From an uncultured Acidobacteriota bacterium (GTDB taxonomy: Bacteria; Acidobacteriota; Vicinamibacteria; Vicinamibacterales; JAKQTR01): a stretch of DNA of 64,000 nucleotides. The stretch is taken from NCBI GenBank assembly GCA_963834645.1, contig CAWICP010000003.1, positions 7,435 to 71,434 on the forward strand, read 5' to 3'. The position numbers and the translations under genes were made by a program. The notes beneath the pieces are model-generated. The model ran no database searches and was not told the origin of the DNA. It worked only from the letters and a program-made list of their open reading frames with translations. Numbering within the stretch: the first letter of the stretch is position 1; every line of letters starts with the position of its first letter. Positions 34,973 to 45,101 of this stretch are shown piece after piece.

Positions 34973-37090
34973 CTACTTCAGCCCGCGCTTCCTGAGCAGC
35001 GGCTCCACGCTCGGCTCGCGACCGCGAAACGCCTTGTAGAGGGCCATCGGGTCTTCGGTGCCCCCCTTCTCGAGGATCGTGCGGAATCCGCGGGCCGTCG
35101 CCTGGTCGAACAGGCCCTTCTCGCGGAACGCCTCGAACGCGTCCTGATCCAGGACCTCGCTCCAGATGTAGGCGTAGTAGCCGGACGAATACCCGCCGCC
35201 CGGCCCGAAGATGTGGTTGAAGTAGGTGCTGCGGTACCGCGGGACAATCTCCCGGGGCAGCCGGACTTTCGCCATCGAGGCGTTCTCGAAGGCCGTGGCG
35301 TCCTGCACGGGCCCGGCGCCCAGCGTGTGCCAGTCCATGTCCAGGAGGCACGCGGCCAGGTACTCCACCGTCGTGAAGCCCTGGTCGAACTGCGCCGCCT
35401 TCTTGATCTTGTCGACGAGCGCCGCCGGGATCACCTCGCCGGTCTTGAAGTGCTTCGCATAGACGTTCAGCACCTCCGGCTCGAGCGCCCAGTTCTCCAT
35501 GATCTGCGACGGCACCTCGACGAAGTCGCGAGGGAAACCGCCGAGGCCCCGATACGGGCTCTTCGAGAGCAGCGAGTTCAGCGCGTGGCCGAATTCGTGG
35601 AAGAGCGTGCCGACCTCCTCGAGCGTCAGCAGTGCCGGCTCGTCGCCCGCGGGCCGCGAGAAGTTGCAGACGTTCACCACGACGGGCGTAATCCGCTTGC
35701 CGTCTTTCATGCGCGTGCCGCGGAACGTGCTGCTCCACGCGCCGACGCGCTTGCCAGGCCGCGGATGGTAGTCCGTGTAGAAGATGCCCACGTGCGACCC
35801 GTCGGCCTCCTTCACCTCGAACGCCTGCACTTCGGGGTGATACGTCGGCAGGTCCGGCCGCGGCACGACCGTGAGGCCGTAGAGCCTGTTCGCCACGTAA
35901 AACGCGCCCTGCCGGACGTTGTCGAGTTTGAAGTAGGGCCGCAGGGCCTGTTCGTCGAGCGCGAACCGCTGCTGCTTGATCTTCTCCTGGTAGTAGCGCC
36001 AGTCCGCCGCTTCGAGCGTGGACGCTCCGCCTGACGCCTTGACAAGGGCCTGCTGGTCCGCGGCCTCCCGGATGGCCATCGCCCGCGCGGGCTCCCAGAG
36101 CTGGTTCAGCAGGGCGTAGACCCTGTCCGGCGTCTTCGCCATGTTCTCCTCGAGCACGAAGTCCGCGTGGGACGCGTACCCGAGCAGCCGGGCTCGTTCG
36201 GCTCGCAACGCCGCCTGCTGCGCGACAATGGCCTTGTTGTCGTACTGGCCGCCGCGGTCGTTGCGCGTGGTGTAGGCCGTCAGGATCTGCCGCCTGAGTT
36301 CGCGGTTGTCGGCGTACTGCAGGAACGGCCAGATGCTGGGCGCCTGCAGCGTGTAGACCCACTTCCCCGCAAGCCCGGCCGCCTTGGCGGCATCGGCGCC
36401 GGCGGCCACGACCGACGGGGGCAGGCCCTTCAGGTCGGCCGCGTTCTCGACGACCAGCCTGTAGCTGTTGGTGTCGTGCAGCAGGTTGTCGCCGAACGTG
36501 ATCCCGAGGGCCGACAGCTCACCGTTGATCTTCCGGAACCGCTCCTTCTGCTCCGGCGACAGGTTGGCGCCGCCACGGACGAAGCTCTTGTACTGCTCGT
36601 CGAGCAGCCGGGCCTGCACCGGCGAAAGCTTCAGCGACTCGCGCGCGTCCCACAACGCCTTCACGCGCGCGAAGAGCGCCGGGTTCAGGCGGATGTCGTC
36701 GCGCAGGGCCGTCAGCAGCGGCGCCACGTCGCGGTTGATGGCCTGCAGCTGTTCGTTCGTGTTCGACGACTGCATGTTCGAAAAGACCGGGCTGACTTTC
36801 GACAGCAGTTCGCCGGCGTCTTCCATCGCCTCGAGCGTGTTCGCGAACGTCGGCGGCTGCGGGTTGTTCGCAATCGCCTCGATCTCCTGGCGCTGCCGGG
36901 CGATGCCGGCCTTGATGGCCGGCAGAAAATGCTCGGCCTTGATCTCGCCGAACGGCGGCACGCCGAAGGGCGTCGACCACGGCTCGAGCAGCGGGTTCGA
37001 CTCGCCGGCCGGCGCGGACGGCTGCTGGCCCGACAGCGCGATTGGCAGCGCCGCCACGAGCAGGAGCAAGACGGAGGTTCGGACGATCAT
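34973..37090 (-). CDS. dcp: M3 family peptidyl-dipeptidase
   Basis: Intact 705-aa frame with a signal peptide (MIVRTSVLLLLVAALPIALSG) and the zinc site TLFHEFGHALNSLL. The M3 length and layout are typical. Confidence 0.88.
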   Translation of the reverse strand: MIVRTSVLLLLVAALPIALSGQQPSAPAGESNPLLEPWSTPFGVPPFGEIKAEHFLPAIKAGIARQRQEIEAIANNPQPPTFANTLEAMEDAGELLSKVSPVFSNMQSSNTNEQLQAINRDVAPLLTALRDDIRLNPALFARVKALWDARESLKLSPVQARLLDEQYKSFVRGGANLSPEQKERFRKINGELSALGITFGDNLLHDTNSYRLVVENAADLKGLPPSVVAAGADAAKAAGLAGKWVYTLQAPSIWPFLQYADNRELRRQILTAYTTRNDRGGQYDNKAIVAQQAALRAERARLLGYASHADFVLEENMAKTPDRVYALLNQLWEPARAMAIREAADQQALVKASGGASTLEAADWRYYQEKIKQQRFALDEQALRPYFKLDNVRQGAFYVANRLYGLTVVPRPDLPTYHPEVQAFEVKEADGSHVGIFYTDYHPRPGKRVGAWSSTFRGTRMKDGKRITPVVVNVCNFSRPAGDEPALLTLEEVGTLFHEFGHALNSLLSKSPYRGLGGFPRDFVEVPSQIMENWALEPEVLNVYAKHFKTGEVIPAALVDKIKKAAQFDQGFTTVEYLAACLLDMDWHTLGAGPVQDATAFENASMAKVRLPREIVPRYRSTYFNHIFGPGGGYSSGYYAYIWSEVLDQDAFEAFREKGLFDQATARGFRTILEKGGTEDPMALYKAFRGREPSVEPLLRKRGLK

Positions 37091-37270
37091 GGGCCTGGCC
37101 TTTCGGGAAGGGACACTCGGGACAGCCGCGGGCGGAGGCCCACAAAATCTACCTTCCGCCCCCCGCACCGTCAAGGGGGAGCAGAGGGAGACTGCCGCGC
37201 AGGGCGCCTTGACTGCCCGCCGGGGAGGCCGGATACTGAAGCTGCGTTTCCACCCAGAAGGAGCCGTCTG

Positions 37271-37978
37271 ATGGCGGAATTGTACCGCGGCACGGCGCCC
37301 CTCCCTCCCGAGGCCTCCTACCGGGTGGCAAGGACCGCCGCCCACCCGGTGACGCTCATGCCCGGGCACGACCGCGCGTGGAAGACCTCCCAGCGCGTCG
37401 AGTGGGGTCCCCCCAGGTACCGGACGACGTTCCGCGCGTTGTGGAATGACGAGGGGCTGGCCATCCGGTTCGATGCCTGCGACGACAGGCCCTGGCACAC
37501 GATGACGCGGCTTGACGACCCGATCTGGGAAGAGGAAGTCGTCGAGATCTTCCTCGACCCGACAGCCTCGGGCCGCCATTACGCCGAGGTCGAGATCAGC
37601 CCCGTCAACGTCGTCACCGATCTGCACATCCTCGAGCCGCATCCGCATCTTGACGGGGACCGCTCGTGGAACTGGCGGGGACTGGAGAGCACGGTGGTGC
37701 CGGGCACGTGCGGCGGCCTGACGCCGGGCAGCTGGGTCGCCCTCGCCTGGCTGCCCTGGAGCGGCCTCGGGTCGCTGGCGCCGGAGGTGGCCGCGCGTGT
37801 GCCGCCGGCGGCGGGCGACGCCTGGCACTTCAACGTGTTCCGCATCAAGCGGCCGCACGGTCCGGCAGAGCCCGAGCGCGACGCGGTGTACGCGGCCTGG
37901 TCCACGCCTGACGGACCCAGCTTCCATGAGCCGGCGGCGTTCCGGAGAATGGAATTCTCACCCGGCCTACCCGCCTGA
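37271..37978 (+). CDS. carbohydrate-binding family 9 (CBM9/DOMON-like) protein
   Basis: The product has FRALWNDEGLAIRFDACDD, WEEEVVEIFLDP, and HYAEVEISPVNVVTDL, typical of CBM9-like proteins. It is the only coding-like part of ORF 36167-37978. Confidence 0.6.
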   Translation: MAELYRGTAPLPPEASYRVARTAAHPVTLMPGHDRAWKTSQRVEWGPPRYRTTFRALWNDEGLAIRFDACDDRPWHTMTRLDDPIWEEEVVEIFLDPTASGRHYAEVEISPVNVVTDLHILEPHPHLDGDRSWNWRGLESTVVPGTCGGLTPGSWVALAWLPWSGLGSLAPEVAARVPPAAGDAWHFNVFRIKRPHGPAEPERDAVYAAWSTPDGPSFHEPAAFRRMEFSPGLPA

Positions 37979-38228
37979 CCCGGAGAGGGACGGATTCGGC
38001 CAATCGGCCGCCTTCATGCTAAGATGGGGGGTCAGGTGGAAGCCCGCCTTCTGTAGCATCCGCGTTGAGAGCCGAATCGAGTCGCCTTCGACTCGCTCCT
38101 GCCGCGTCGTTTCCGCTCAGTCACGAGCTGCCATCGAGGGGCGATTTGTCTGGAATCGCCGAGTGTGAATGACGGCCGGCAGAGCCGGCCGTCCAGAGTC
38201 TCGTGAAAAGAGACGAGGAGCAATCGCA

Positions 38229-38558
38229 ATGGGTAGAAAGCTGTATGTCGGCAACCTTCCTTACACGACCGGCGAGCAGGATCTCCAGGACCTGTTCTCG
38301 CAGTACGGGGCGGTTGACTCGGTGAGCGTGATGCGCGACATGGCCACGGGCCGCGCGCGCGGGTTCGCGTTCGTCGAGATGGCGACCGACGCCGACGCGC
38401 AGAAGGCCATCACCGAGCTGCACGACAAGCCGTTCGGCGGCCGCAACCTCACGGTCAACGAGGCGCGTCCGCGCACCGAGCGGCCGGGCGGGTTCGGCGG
38501 GAACGATCGTGGCGGCGGCGGCGGCGGCCGCGGGCCTCGGCGCGAGTCGCGCTGGTAG
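38229..38558 (+). CDS. RRM-type RNA-binding protein with a Gly/Arg tail
   Basis: GAGGAG precedes ATG 38229. The product has RNP2 (LYVGNL), RNP1 (RGFAFVEM), and a C-terminal GGFGGNDRGGGGGGRG. Confidence 0.9.
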   Translation: MGRKLYVGNLPYTTGEQDLQDLFSQYGAVDSVSVMRDMATGRARGFAFVEMATDADAQKAITELHDKPFGGRNLTVNEARPRTERPGGFGGNDRGGGGGGRGPRRESRW

Positions 38559-38576
38559 GGCGCTCCCTCTGACGTC

Positions 38577-38619
38577 AACGGGGGGCCGGCGTCCTGCGCC
38601 CGCCCCCCGTTCTTCTTCC
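38577..38619 (+). terminator. rho-independent terminator after the RRM gene
   Basis: AACGGGGGGC (38577-38586) pairs with GCCCCCCGTT (38602-38611) across a 15-nt loop. CTTCTTCC follows. Confidence 0.65.
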
Positions 38620-38674
38620 CCGAACAACCGTCCCCGCGTCCGCCTGCGCGGAGGCCCCCGCGAATGGAGTCGCT

Positions 38675-38866
38675 GTGAACCGAGCCCGGCCGTCCTTTCA
38701 GAAACGTGAGCGGGAGAAATCCAAGCGCGAGAAGCAGGCCGCCAAGGCCGCGAGGCGCGCCGAGACGAAGGTGCGCAAGCCCTCGGGCGGCGGCATGGAC
38801 GACTCGGATCTCGCGGCGATCATCCCGGGGCCGCAGCCCAAGCCCTGGGAGGACGAGACCCCCTAA
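38675..38866 (+). CDS. 63-aa highly basic Lys/Arg-rich small protein (hypothetical)
   Basis: GGAG lies 5 nt before GTG 38675. The product is MNRARPSFQKREREKSKREKQAAKAARRAETKVRKPSGGGMDDSDLAAIIPGPQPKPWEDETP. Lys codons are unusual for out-of-frame high-GC noise. Confidence 0.35.
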   Translation: MNRARPSFQKREREKSKREKQAAKAARRAETKVRKPSGGGMDDSDLAAIIPGPQPKPWEDETP

Positions 38867-39624
38867 CGCGCGACGACGACCAGGTCGGTCGAGTCGTGGT
38901 CCGCGTACGGCGCCTGCCCCATGGTGCCGAACAGATCGCGGGCGGTGAAGCCGGCCGCGTCCAGCGCCGCTTCCATCTCCGCCCGCTTCCACCCCCGCAA
39001 CGGCACGTTGTGGCTCGTGATGACCTCGAGCGCCGGGTCGCCGTCCTTGCGGTAGCGCAGCAGCGACGGTGTGAACGTCACGCTCCCGTCGTCGTGGTGG
39101 GTCATCACCCGCAGGAAGATCGCCTCGCCTTCTTCGTCCTGGATGAAGGTGAGCGGCAGGCAGCGCTGGCCGCTGTGCACCAGGCGCTCGTAGTTCAGCA
39201 CCTGGATGATGAGCGGGGCGCCTGGCAGCAGCACGGCGCGCACGCCCTTGAACAGCTGCGTCAGCGTGTCCTGGTCCATGATGTGCGCGAGGGTGTTGCC
39301 GAGGCAGACCGCCCCGCCGAACTTGCCTGTCACGACGGACTCGACGTGGACCAGGTCGCCCTTCAGGAACTGTACGCCTGCCGGCGCGCCGCCTTCCCTG
39401 GCGCGCGTCAGCATCGCGTCTGAGACGTCGACGCCGACGACCTCGAAGCCCTTCTCCGCGAAGTACCGCGCGTGTTCGCCTGTCCCGCAGCCGAGGTCGA
39501 GCAGCCGCCGCGACGCAAGCGCCCCCAACGGCGCCGAGAGAAACGCCCACTCCCGCTCCAGGCGCTTCGGCCACGCGATCATCTTGCTGTAGTCGATATG
39601 TGCGTAGTGATTCGTCGAACTCAT
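38863..39624 (-). CDS. class I SAM-dependent methyltransferase
   Basis: Motif I is LLDLGCGTGEHARYFA and the post-I acidic residue is in VVGVDVS. The frame is intact. I prefer ATG 39624 over the TTG at 39627 used by the ORF track. Confidence 0.8.
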   Translation of the reverse strand: MSSTNHYAHIDYSKMIAWPKRLEREWAFLSAPLGALASRRLLDLGCGTGEHARYFAEKGFEVVGVDVSDAMLTRAREGGAPAGVQFLKGDLVHVESVVTGKFGGAVCLGNTLAHIMDQDTLTQLFKGVRAVLLPGAPLIIQVLNYERLVHSGQRCLPLTFIQDEEGEAIFLRVMTHHDDGSVTFTPSLLRYRKDGDPALEVITSHNVPLRGWKRAEMEAALDAAGFTARDLFGTMGQAPYADHDSTDLVVVAR

Positions 39625-39693
39625 CAAGGCCCCCCTGAGTGCGACTGTATGGCCGGCGGCGCACCGGCGTCAATACAGCGGGTGCCCGGCGGC

Positions 39694-42358
39694 CTACCGC
39701 ACGTTGAAGGCCAGCCGTGAAGGTGCGTCCGCGCGCCGGCGCGAACTGGAACTGCTCCCTGTAGTACCGGTCCGCCAGGTTCTCGACGGCGAAGACGAGA
39801 CCGAGCCGGCCGGATCGCGGGCGGAAGTTCACGCCCCACGCCACGCGCTGCACGGTGAACCCGGCCAGGCCGAGCAGGTCCTGCGGGATCAGGTACGGCG
39901 AGTTCACGAGCGTGTCCGCCACGCGGGTGACCTCAGCCTGCGTCCGCATGCCGTACTCCACCCACCAGCGGTCGCGCGCGTCGTTGAACCGCACGCCGAG
40001 AATCGCCTTGAGCGGCGAGATGCTGTCCTGCGGCGTGCCGGCGAGCGACTCGCCCGTCAGCGGATTGGTTCCGGAGAGGACCGTCCCTCTGGTGAAGGCG
40101 GCATTGCCGAAGAAGGTCAGCACGCCCGGCCTGGTGAGGACGGGCAGATCGAGATCCGCCTCGACGCCCTGGATGCGGACGTCGCTGAAGTTGATCGCCT
40201 GCGAGACCGGGCCTGACGGGGTCGTCGCCACGATCTCGGTCGAGATGAAGCCGTCGTACGCGTTGTGGAAGTAGGACACGGAGCCCGTCAGCCGGCCGGC
40301 CCGCACGCTGACCCCGACATCGATGTTGTTGCCGGTCTCCGGCCGCACGCGCATGTTGGGCACGATGGCGCCGACCGTCGCCGGCCCCGAGAACAGCAGT
40401 TCTTCGAGGTTCGGGTGGCGGTAGCTGCGGCCGTAGCGCGCGCGCAGGTTCACGGCGTCGTTCACACGCAGCACCGCGCCGATGTCGCCGGTCACCGCCG
40501 TGCGCGCCAGCTGCGAGCCGTTGGCGTCCGGCAGCGCGCCCGGATCGATGGGCGGCTGCGCGCCTGCCGTCAGCGACAGCGCGTCGTAGCCGGGCGTCGC
40601 CTGCGAGTTCACCCTGTAGCCGTCCACTCGCAGGCCCGCGACGAGGCGCAGCGCCGCCGTCACGCTCCACTCATCCTGGGCGAAGAGCCCGATGTCGCGG
40701 AACGACGAGTCCGGCACCCTCACCGGGTGCGTCGTCGACGCCGGGCCGAGCACGACCGGCTCGCTGAACACGTTGGGCGCCGGGCCGCGCGCGCCCATGG
40801 CCACGTTGCCGATGATCGTGCTCTGCGACGTGCTCGTGCGCGTGTCCTGGCTCCGGTCGGTGTAGAGCATCAGGCCCGCCGTCAGCAGGTGTCCGCGGGC
40901 CGGCACGAAGGTGGCCTGGACGTCCAGTCCCGGCGTCTGCACGTGCTGCTCGGAGTCGCTGACGAGATTGAGCCGGAACACGTTGATCGGGAAGAACGCC
41001 GGCGACGGCACCGGAAACTGGACCGGAAACTCGGTGCGAAGCAGGCGTCGCTGGTCCTGGAAGTAGCCGGTCACTTTCAGGTTGGTGAACCACGGCGCGA
41101 GGGCCCGCGCCTCGTAGCGGGCCGACACGCGGTCGAGGTTGCTGAACGGCAGGGTCGTGCGGGAGAAGAAGACGGGCTGCTCGAAGTCCGGGAACCCGAC
41201 GTTGTCCATCTGCCGCCGGATGTACTTCACCTGCAGCGTCTGCGTCCCCGTGAGCGCGACGACGCCGCTGGCATTGAGGCTGCTGCCGCTCGCACCCGAC
41301 ATCGGGATGACCGCGGACGTGCGCACGTACGGCGCGTTGAACGGGTCCGGAAACGCGTTGAAGTTGAACCCGAAGTTGTCGTCGATCGTGTCGGCGTTCT
41401 TGATCCGGCCGCTCGTGAAGTACGACGTCGTGTCCTCGCGGCTGCCGGCCGCGCCGGCACGGTAGTCGTCGTACGACTCCAGCCCCGTGATGACCTGCAG
41501 CGCGAACCGCCGGCCGGTCGCTCCCAGCGACACCGAGCCGCGCCGCCCGTTTTCGTTCGAGCTGAAGTAGCCGTCGAGCCCGTAGGTGAAGCGCAGCCCG
41601 TCGCTGAACCGGGGCTGATGCGTCAGGATGTTGATGGTGCCGGAGAGCGCGTCGGTGCCGTAGAGCACCGACCCCGCGCCGCTGGCCACCTCGAGGCTCG
41701 CCACGCTGTTGAGATCAATCAGGCCCACCTCGATGCCCGCGCGGTCCGTCGCCGTGCGCGCGTTGTTCAGGCGCTCGCCGTCGACCAGCACCAGCACGCG
41801 CGTCGAGTCGAGGCCGCGGAGCCTCGGCCTCACCTGCATCGGACCGTTGCCGACTGGCGTCACGCCGGGCGCCCGGAGGAGGGCGTCGCCGACCGACAGC
41901 GGCGACATCCGGTCCAGTGCGTCGCGCCCGATCGTGTCCGTGCGCAGCGGCACGGCGCTCGCCTCGCGCTCGCTGCGCGCGGCGGTCACGGTCACCCCCA
42001 CCTCGAGGCGCCCGGGAACGAGCGAGAACGTCACCTCGGCCGGCGTCCCGTCAGCGCCGACCGTGACGGCCCGCGAGGCGCGCGAGAAGCCCGGCGACTC
42101 GACGACGACCAGGTACGGTCCTGCCTCGAGATTCTCAAAACGGAACCTGCCTTCCAGATCGGCCTGCGCGAACTGCTCTGCGCCCGTCGCCAGGTTGCGC
42201 AGCGTCACCTGCGCCGCCGGAAGGACGGCACCGGTGGCATCCGCGACGAGCCCGACGAGGTCTCCGGCGGACGCGGTCCGGGCGGCCGCGAACATCAGCA
42301 CGATGCTCAGACACACGACGACTGACTGACGAACGACATGCTTGCCAGATAGGGACAT
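39694..42358 (-). CDS. TonB-dependent receptor with an N-terminal CarboxypepD_reg domain (frameshift about 5 codons before the stop)
   Basis: The signal peptide is followed by GLVADATGAVLPAAQVTLRNL...GRFRFENLEAGPYLVVV. Plug motifs follow (VGDALLRAPGV, VLVLVDGERLN, GSVLYGTDALSGTINI). The barrel ends ...ENLADRYYREQFQFAPARGRTFTAG, then FNVR-stop at 39694-39696 in the adjacent frame. The rest of the 1365-aa ORF is read-through. Confidence 0.85.
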
Positions 42359-42518
42359 GACTCTGCGCCTCGCGTGACGACACGCCGATTCAGGAACCGG
42401 GACTCGCGGCCGGATCGGCCGCAGGGCTCAAGTGCTGACACGGCTTCCAGTGAATCCTGGCCGGACGGCAGGCGCCGTCCGCATCGAGACCAGGGGCTAT
42501 CGGAGGGAGCGCGAATCG

Positions 42519-43053
42519 TCAGGCGAGAGGCGGAGGCCGGGGAGAGAAGCAGAAGACGTAGCCGGAAGAAGGGAGCCCGCCGATGAGGAGCGGGACGAAG
42601 TACGCCGGGCGGCCCCCAGCCCAGGGCCGGGCGGCGGCAACGAAGACGGACGCAATCGCCGCGCCGAGCACCGCCGTCGTGACCGAGAGTTGCGCCAGTA
42701 CCGGTCACCGACTCGGGAATGGCCGTGCGAAGCGCCGCAGCATTGCCGTCGGACGCCGCGCTGCAGTGGATCAGCACGACGAGCAGCCAGAGCGCGGCGG
42801 CTCGCCGCCCCGTGAACAGCGGGAGGCCGCGGTGGCTGAGCGCCCGGAAGCCCGCCAGCACCAGCACCGCCAGGGTCCAGCGGGCTGCCGTGGCCGGCTC
42901 GAACGCGCGCCCGTCGAGCAGGTGGAGCCCGAGCAGCCAGGCGTGGAATACCGCGAGCGCCGCGAATGCCAGGTGGCCGGCGGCGCGCACGGCGGACGTC
43001 GCGAGGTCGGCAGGCCTCGTGGCGACACGTCGGGCGGCGGGGGCAGCTCTCAT
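42519..43053 (-). pseudogene. small polytopic membrane protein of unknown function (one frameshift)
   Basis: The first part reads MRAAPAARR...GHLAFAALAVFHAWLLGLHLL..WTLAVLVLAGFRAL..ALWLLVVLIHCSAA. It continues in another frame as LAQLSVTTAVLGAAIASVFVAAARPW..AYFVPLLIGGLPSSGYVFCF, to the stop at 42519-42521. Confidence 0.4.
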
Positions 43054-43259
43054 TCGGTTACGTTCGCGGCGCATCGTGCCGGGGATCCGGCAACTTGCTG
43101 GCGACGTTCAGAATTTGAGCATGATCCGTACCAACCGCACAACCGGCTGATTTCGGCCCCGTTTGCGGCGCGCCTGCCTTGCCGCGCCGGTTCTACACTC
43201 GAAGACGGTAATTCTTTCCGTTTGACGAAAGACGGGGCGGTGCGTAAGTTGGTGGGCAG

Positions 43260-44416
43260 ATGGACACCCCGGTCCCCATCGTCTCCAGGCTCCAGGATGT
43301 CGGCGTCAGCATCTTCGCGGTGATGACGCGGCTGGCCCTCGAGCATGGCGCCATCAACCTCTCGCAGGGCTTTCCCGATTTCTCCTGCGATCCGGATCTG
43401 GTCGAGGCCGTCTCCCGGCACATGCGGGCCGGCGAGAACCAGTACGCCCCGATGCCGGGCGTGCTCGCGCTGCGCGAGGCGCTCTCGGCCAAGATTCGCC
43501 GGCTCTACGGCGCCGAGTACGATCCGGCCACCGAGTTGACGGTGACCTCGGGGGCCACCGAGGCGCTGTTCGACAGTCATCTCGGCGTTTGTCCGCCCGG
43601 GCGACGAGGTGATCCTCTTCGAGCCGTGCTACGACTCGTACGTGCCGGTGGTGCGGCTCAACGGCGGCACGCCCCGCTTCGTCACGCTCCGCGCGCCCGG
43701 ACTACCGGATCGACTGGGCGGAGGTCCGCCGGCTCCTCTCGCCGCGCACGCGCCTGCTCGTCATCAACTCTCCCCACAACCCCACCGGGTCGATCCTCGA
43801 GGCCGACGACCTGCGCGCGCTGGCGGCCGCGCTCGACGGCACGGGCGTCATCGTGCTGAGCGACGAGGTGTACGAGCACATCGTCTTCGACGGCGCGCGG
43901 CACGAGAGCGTGGCCCGGCACCCCGCGCTCCGGGAGCGCGCGTGCGTGGTCAGCTCGTTCGGCAAGACGTATCACACCACCGGCTGGAAGGTGGGCTACG
44001 TCGCGGCGCCGCAGGCCCTGACGGCCGAGATTCAGCGCGTGCACCAGTTCGTCACGTTCGCCACGAACACGCCGGCGCAGCAGGCCTACGCCGAGTTCAC
44101 CAGGCGCCGCGCGCACTACGACGACCTTGCCGCCTTCTACCAGGACAAGCGCGACCGCTTCCTCGAGTTGCTCGACGGATCGCGCTTCACGCCGGTGCCG
44201 AGCCGCGGCACCTACTTCCAGCTGCTCGACTACTCGGCGATTAGCGCGGAGGGCGACGCGGCGTTCGCGATGCGGCTGCTGCGGGAGCACGGCGTGGCGT
44301 CGATCCCGACATCGGCGTTCCTCTACGCCAGCGAGGCGCCGCGGGTGCTGCGGTTCTGCTTCGCGAAAAAGGATGAGACACTCGAGCGGGCGGCGGAGCG
44401 GCTGCGCGCCGTCTGA
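43260..44416 (+). pseudogene. PLP-dependent aminotransferase (methionine aminotransferase / YbdL-like), two frameshifts
   Basis: Three consecutive frames carry the gene. The first has INLSQGFPDF..ENQYAPMPG..VTSGATEAL. The second has GDEVILFEPCYDSYVP. The third has LLVINSPHNPTGS..VLSDEVYEHIVF..SFGKTYHTTGWKVGY (PLP lysine)..RFCFAK. Confidence 0.8.
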
Positions 44417-44438
44417 TCGCGCGCGGAACGGAGGGGGC

Positions 44439-45062
44439 ATGACGGCGGGTCCGGTGGTCATCGGCGTGGCGGGCGGCTCGGGTTCGGGCAAGACGACCGT
44501 CGTGCGGCGCATCGTGGAGAGCCTCGGCAACGACCAGGTGACCGTGCTCGAGCACGACCGCTATTACCGCGATCGCGGCGACCTGCGCCTCGAGGAGCGG
44601 GCCGCCCTCAACTACGACCATCCCGACTCGCTCGAGACCGATCTGATGGTGCGGCACCTCGAGCAGCTGCGGGCGGGCCGGGCCGTCGAGGTGCCGCTCT
44701 ACGACTTCGCCCGCTACGCGCGGCTCGCCGCCACCGATCTGGTCCAGCCGCGCCGGGCCATCATCGTCGAGGGCATCCTCATCTTCACCGACGCGGCGCT
44801 GCGCGGCCTGCTGGACATCAAGGTCTTCGTGGACGCCGACGATGACATCCGCTTCATCCGGCGTCTGCGGCGCGACGTGGCGGAACGGGGCCGGACGATG
44901 GAGTCGGTGATCGAGCAGTATCTGGGCACCGTCAAGCCCATGCACCTGGATTTCGTCGAGCCCAGCAAGCGGTACGCGGACGTCATCGTGCCGCAGGGCG
45001 GGCACAACGTGGTGGCGATTGATATGCTGCTGACGCTGATTCGAAGCCTGGCGCACGCGTAG
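44439..45062 (+). CDS. udk: uridine kinase
   Basis: It has the P-loop GVAGGSGSGKTT, plus NYDHPDSLE, VEGILIF, DADDDIRFIRRLRRDV, and ERGRT. The frame is intact. Confidence 0.9.
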   Translation: MTAGPVVIGVAGGSGSGKTTVVRRIVESLGNDQVTVLEHDRYYRDRGDLRLEERAALNYDHPDSLETDLMVRHLEQLRAGRAVEVPLYDFARYARLAATDLVQPRRAIIVEGILIFTDAALRGLLDIKVFVDADDDIRFIRRLRRDVAERGRTMESVIEQYLGTVKPMHLDFVEPSKRYADVIVPQGGHNVVAIDMLLTLIRSLAHA

Positions 45063-45101
45063 GGCAGCCGGGCACGCGGCATCGGCGAAGAGGAGGCGGA
45101 C

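Noticed and set aside
38261-39693. C-terminal 477 aa of the 1365-aa ORF 38261-42358
   Set aside because: The TonB-dependent receptor ends with its barrel motif at about 39694 (FNVR-stop in the adjacent frame). The remainder reads antisense through the methyltransferase and RRM genes with Arg/Gly-rich composition.
40265-42325. 686-aa plus-strand ORF
   Set aside because: It is antisense to the TonB-dependent receptor, Arg/Val/Asp/His-rich, and has no recognisable domain.
42359-42518. Riboswitch (cobalamin or TPP) upstream of the TonB-dependent receptor
   Set aside because: I read the minus-strand leader and found no B12 box (AGYCMGGAGACCKGCC-like), no GCCACTG element and no TPP CUGAGA/ACCUGAU elements. 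Only two simple hairpins are present (42406-42422 and 42462-42481). A covariance-model scan would be the decisive test.
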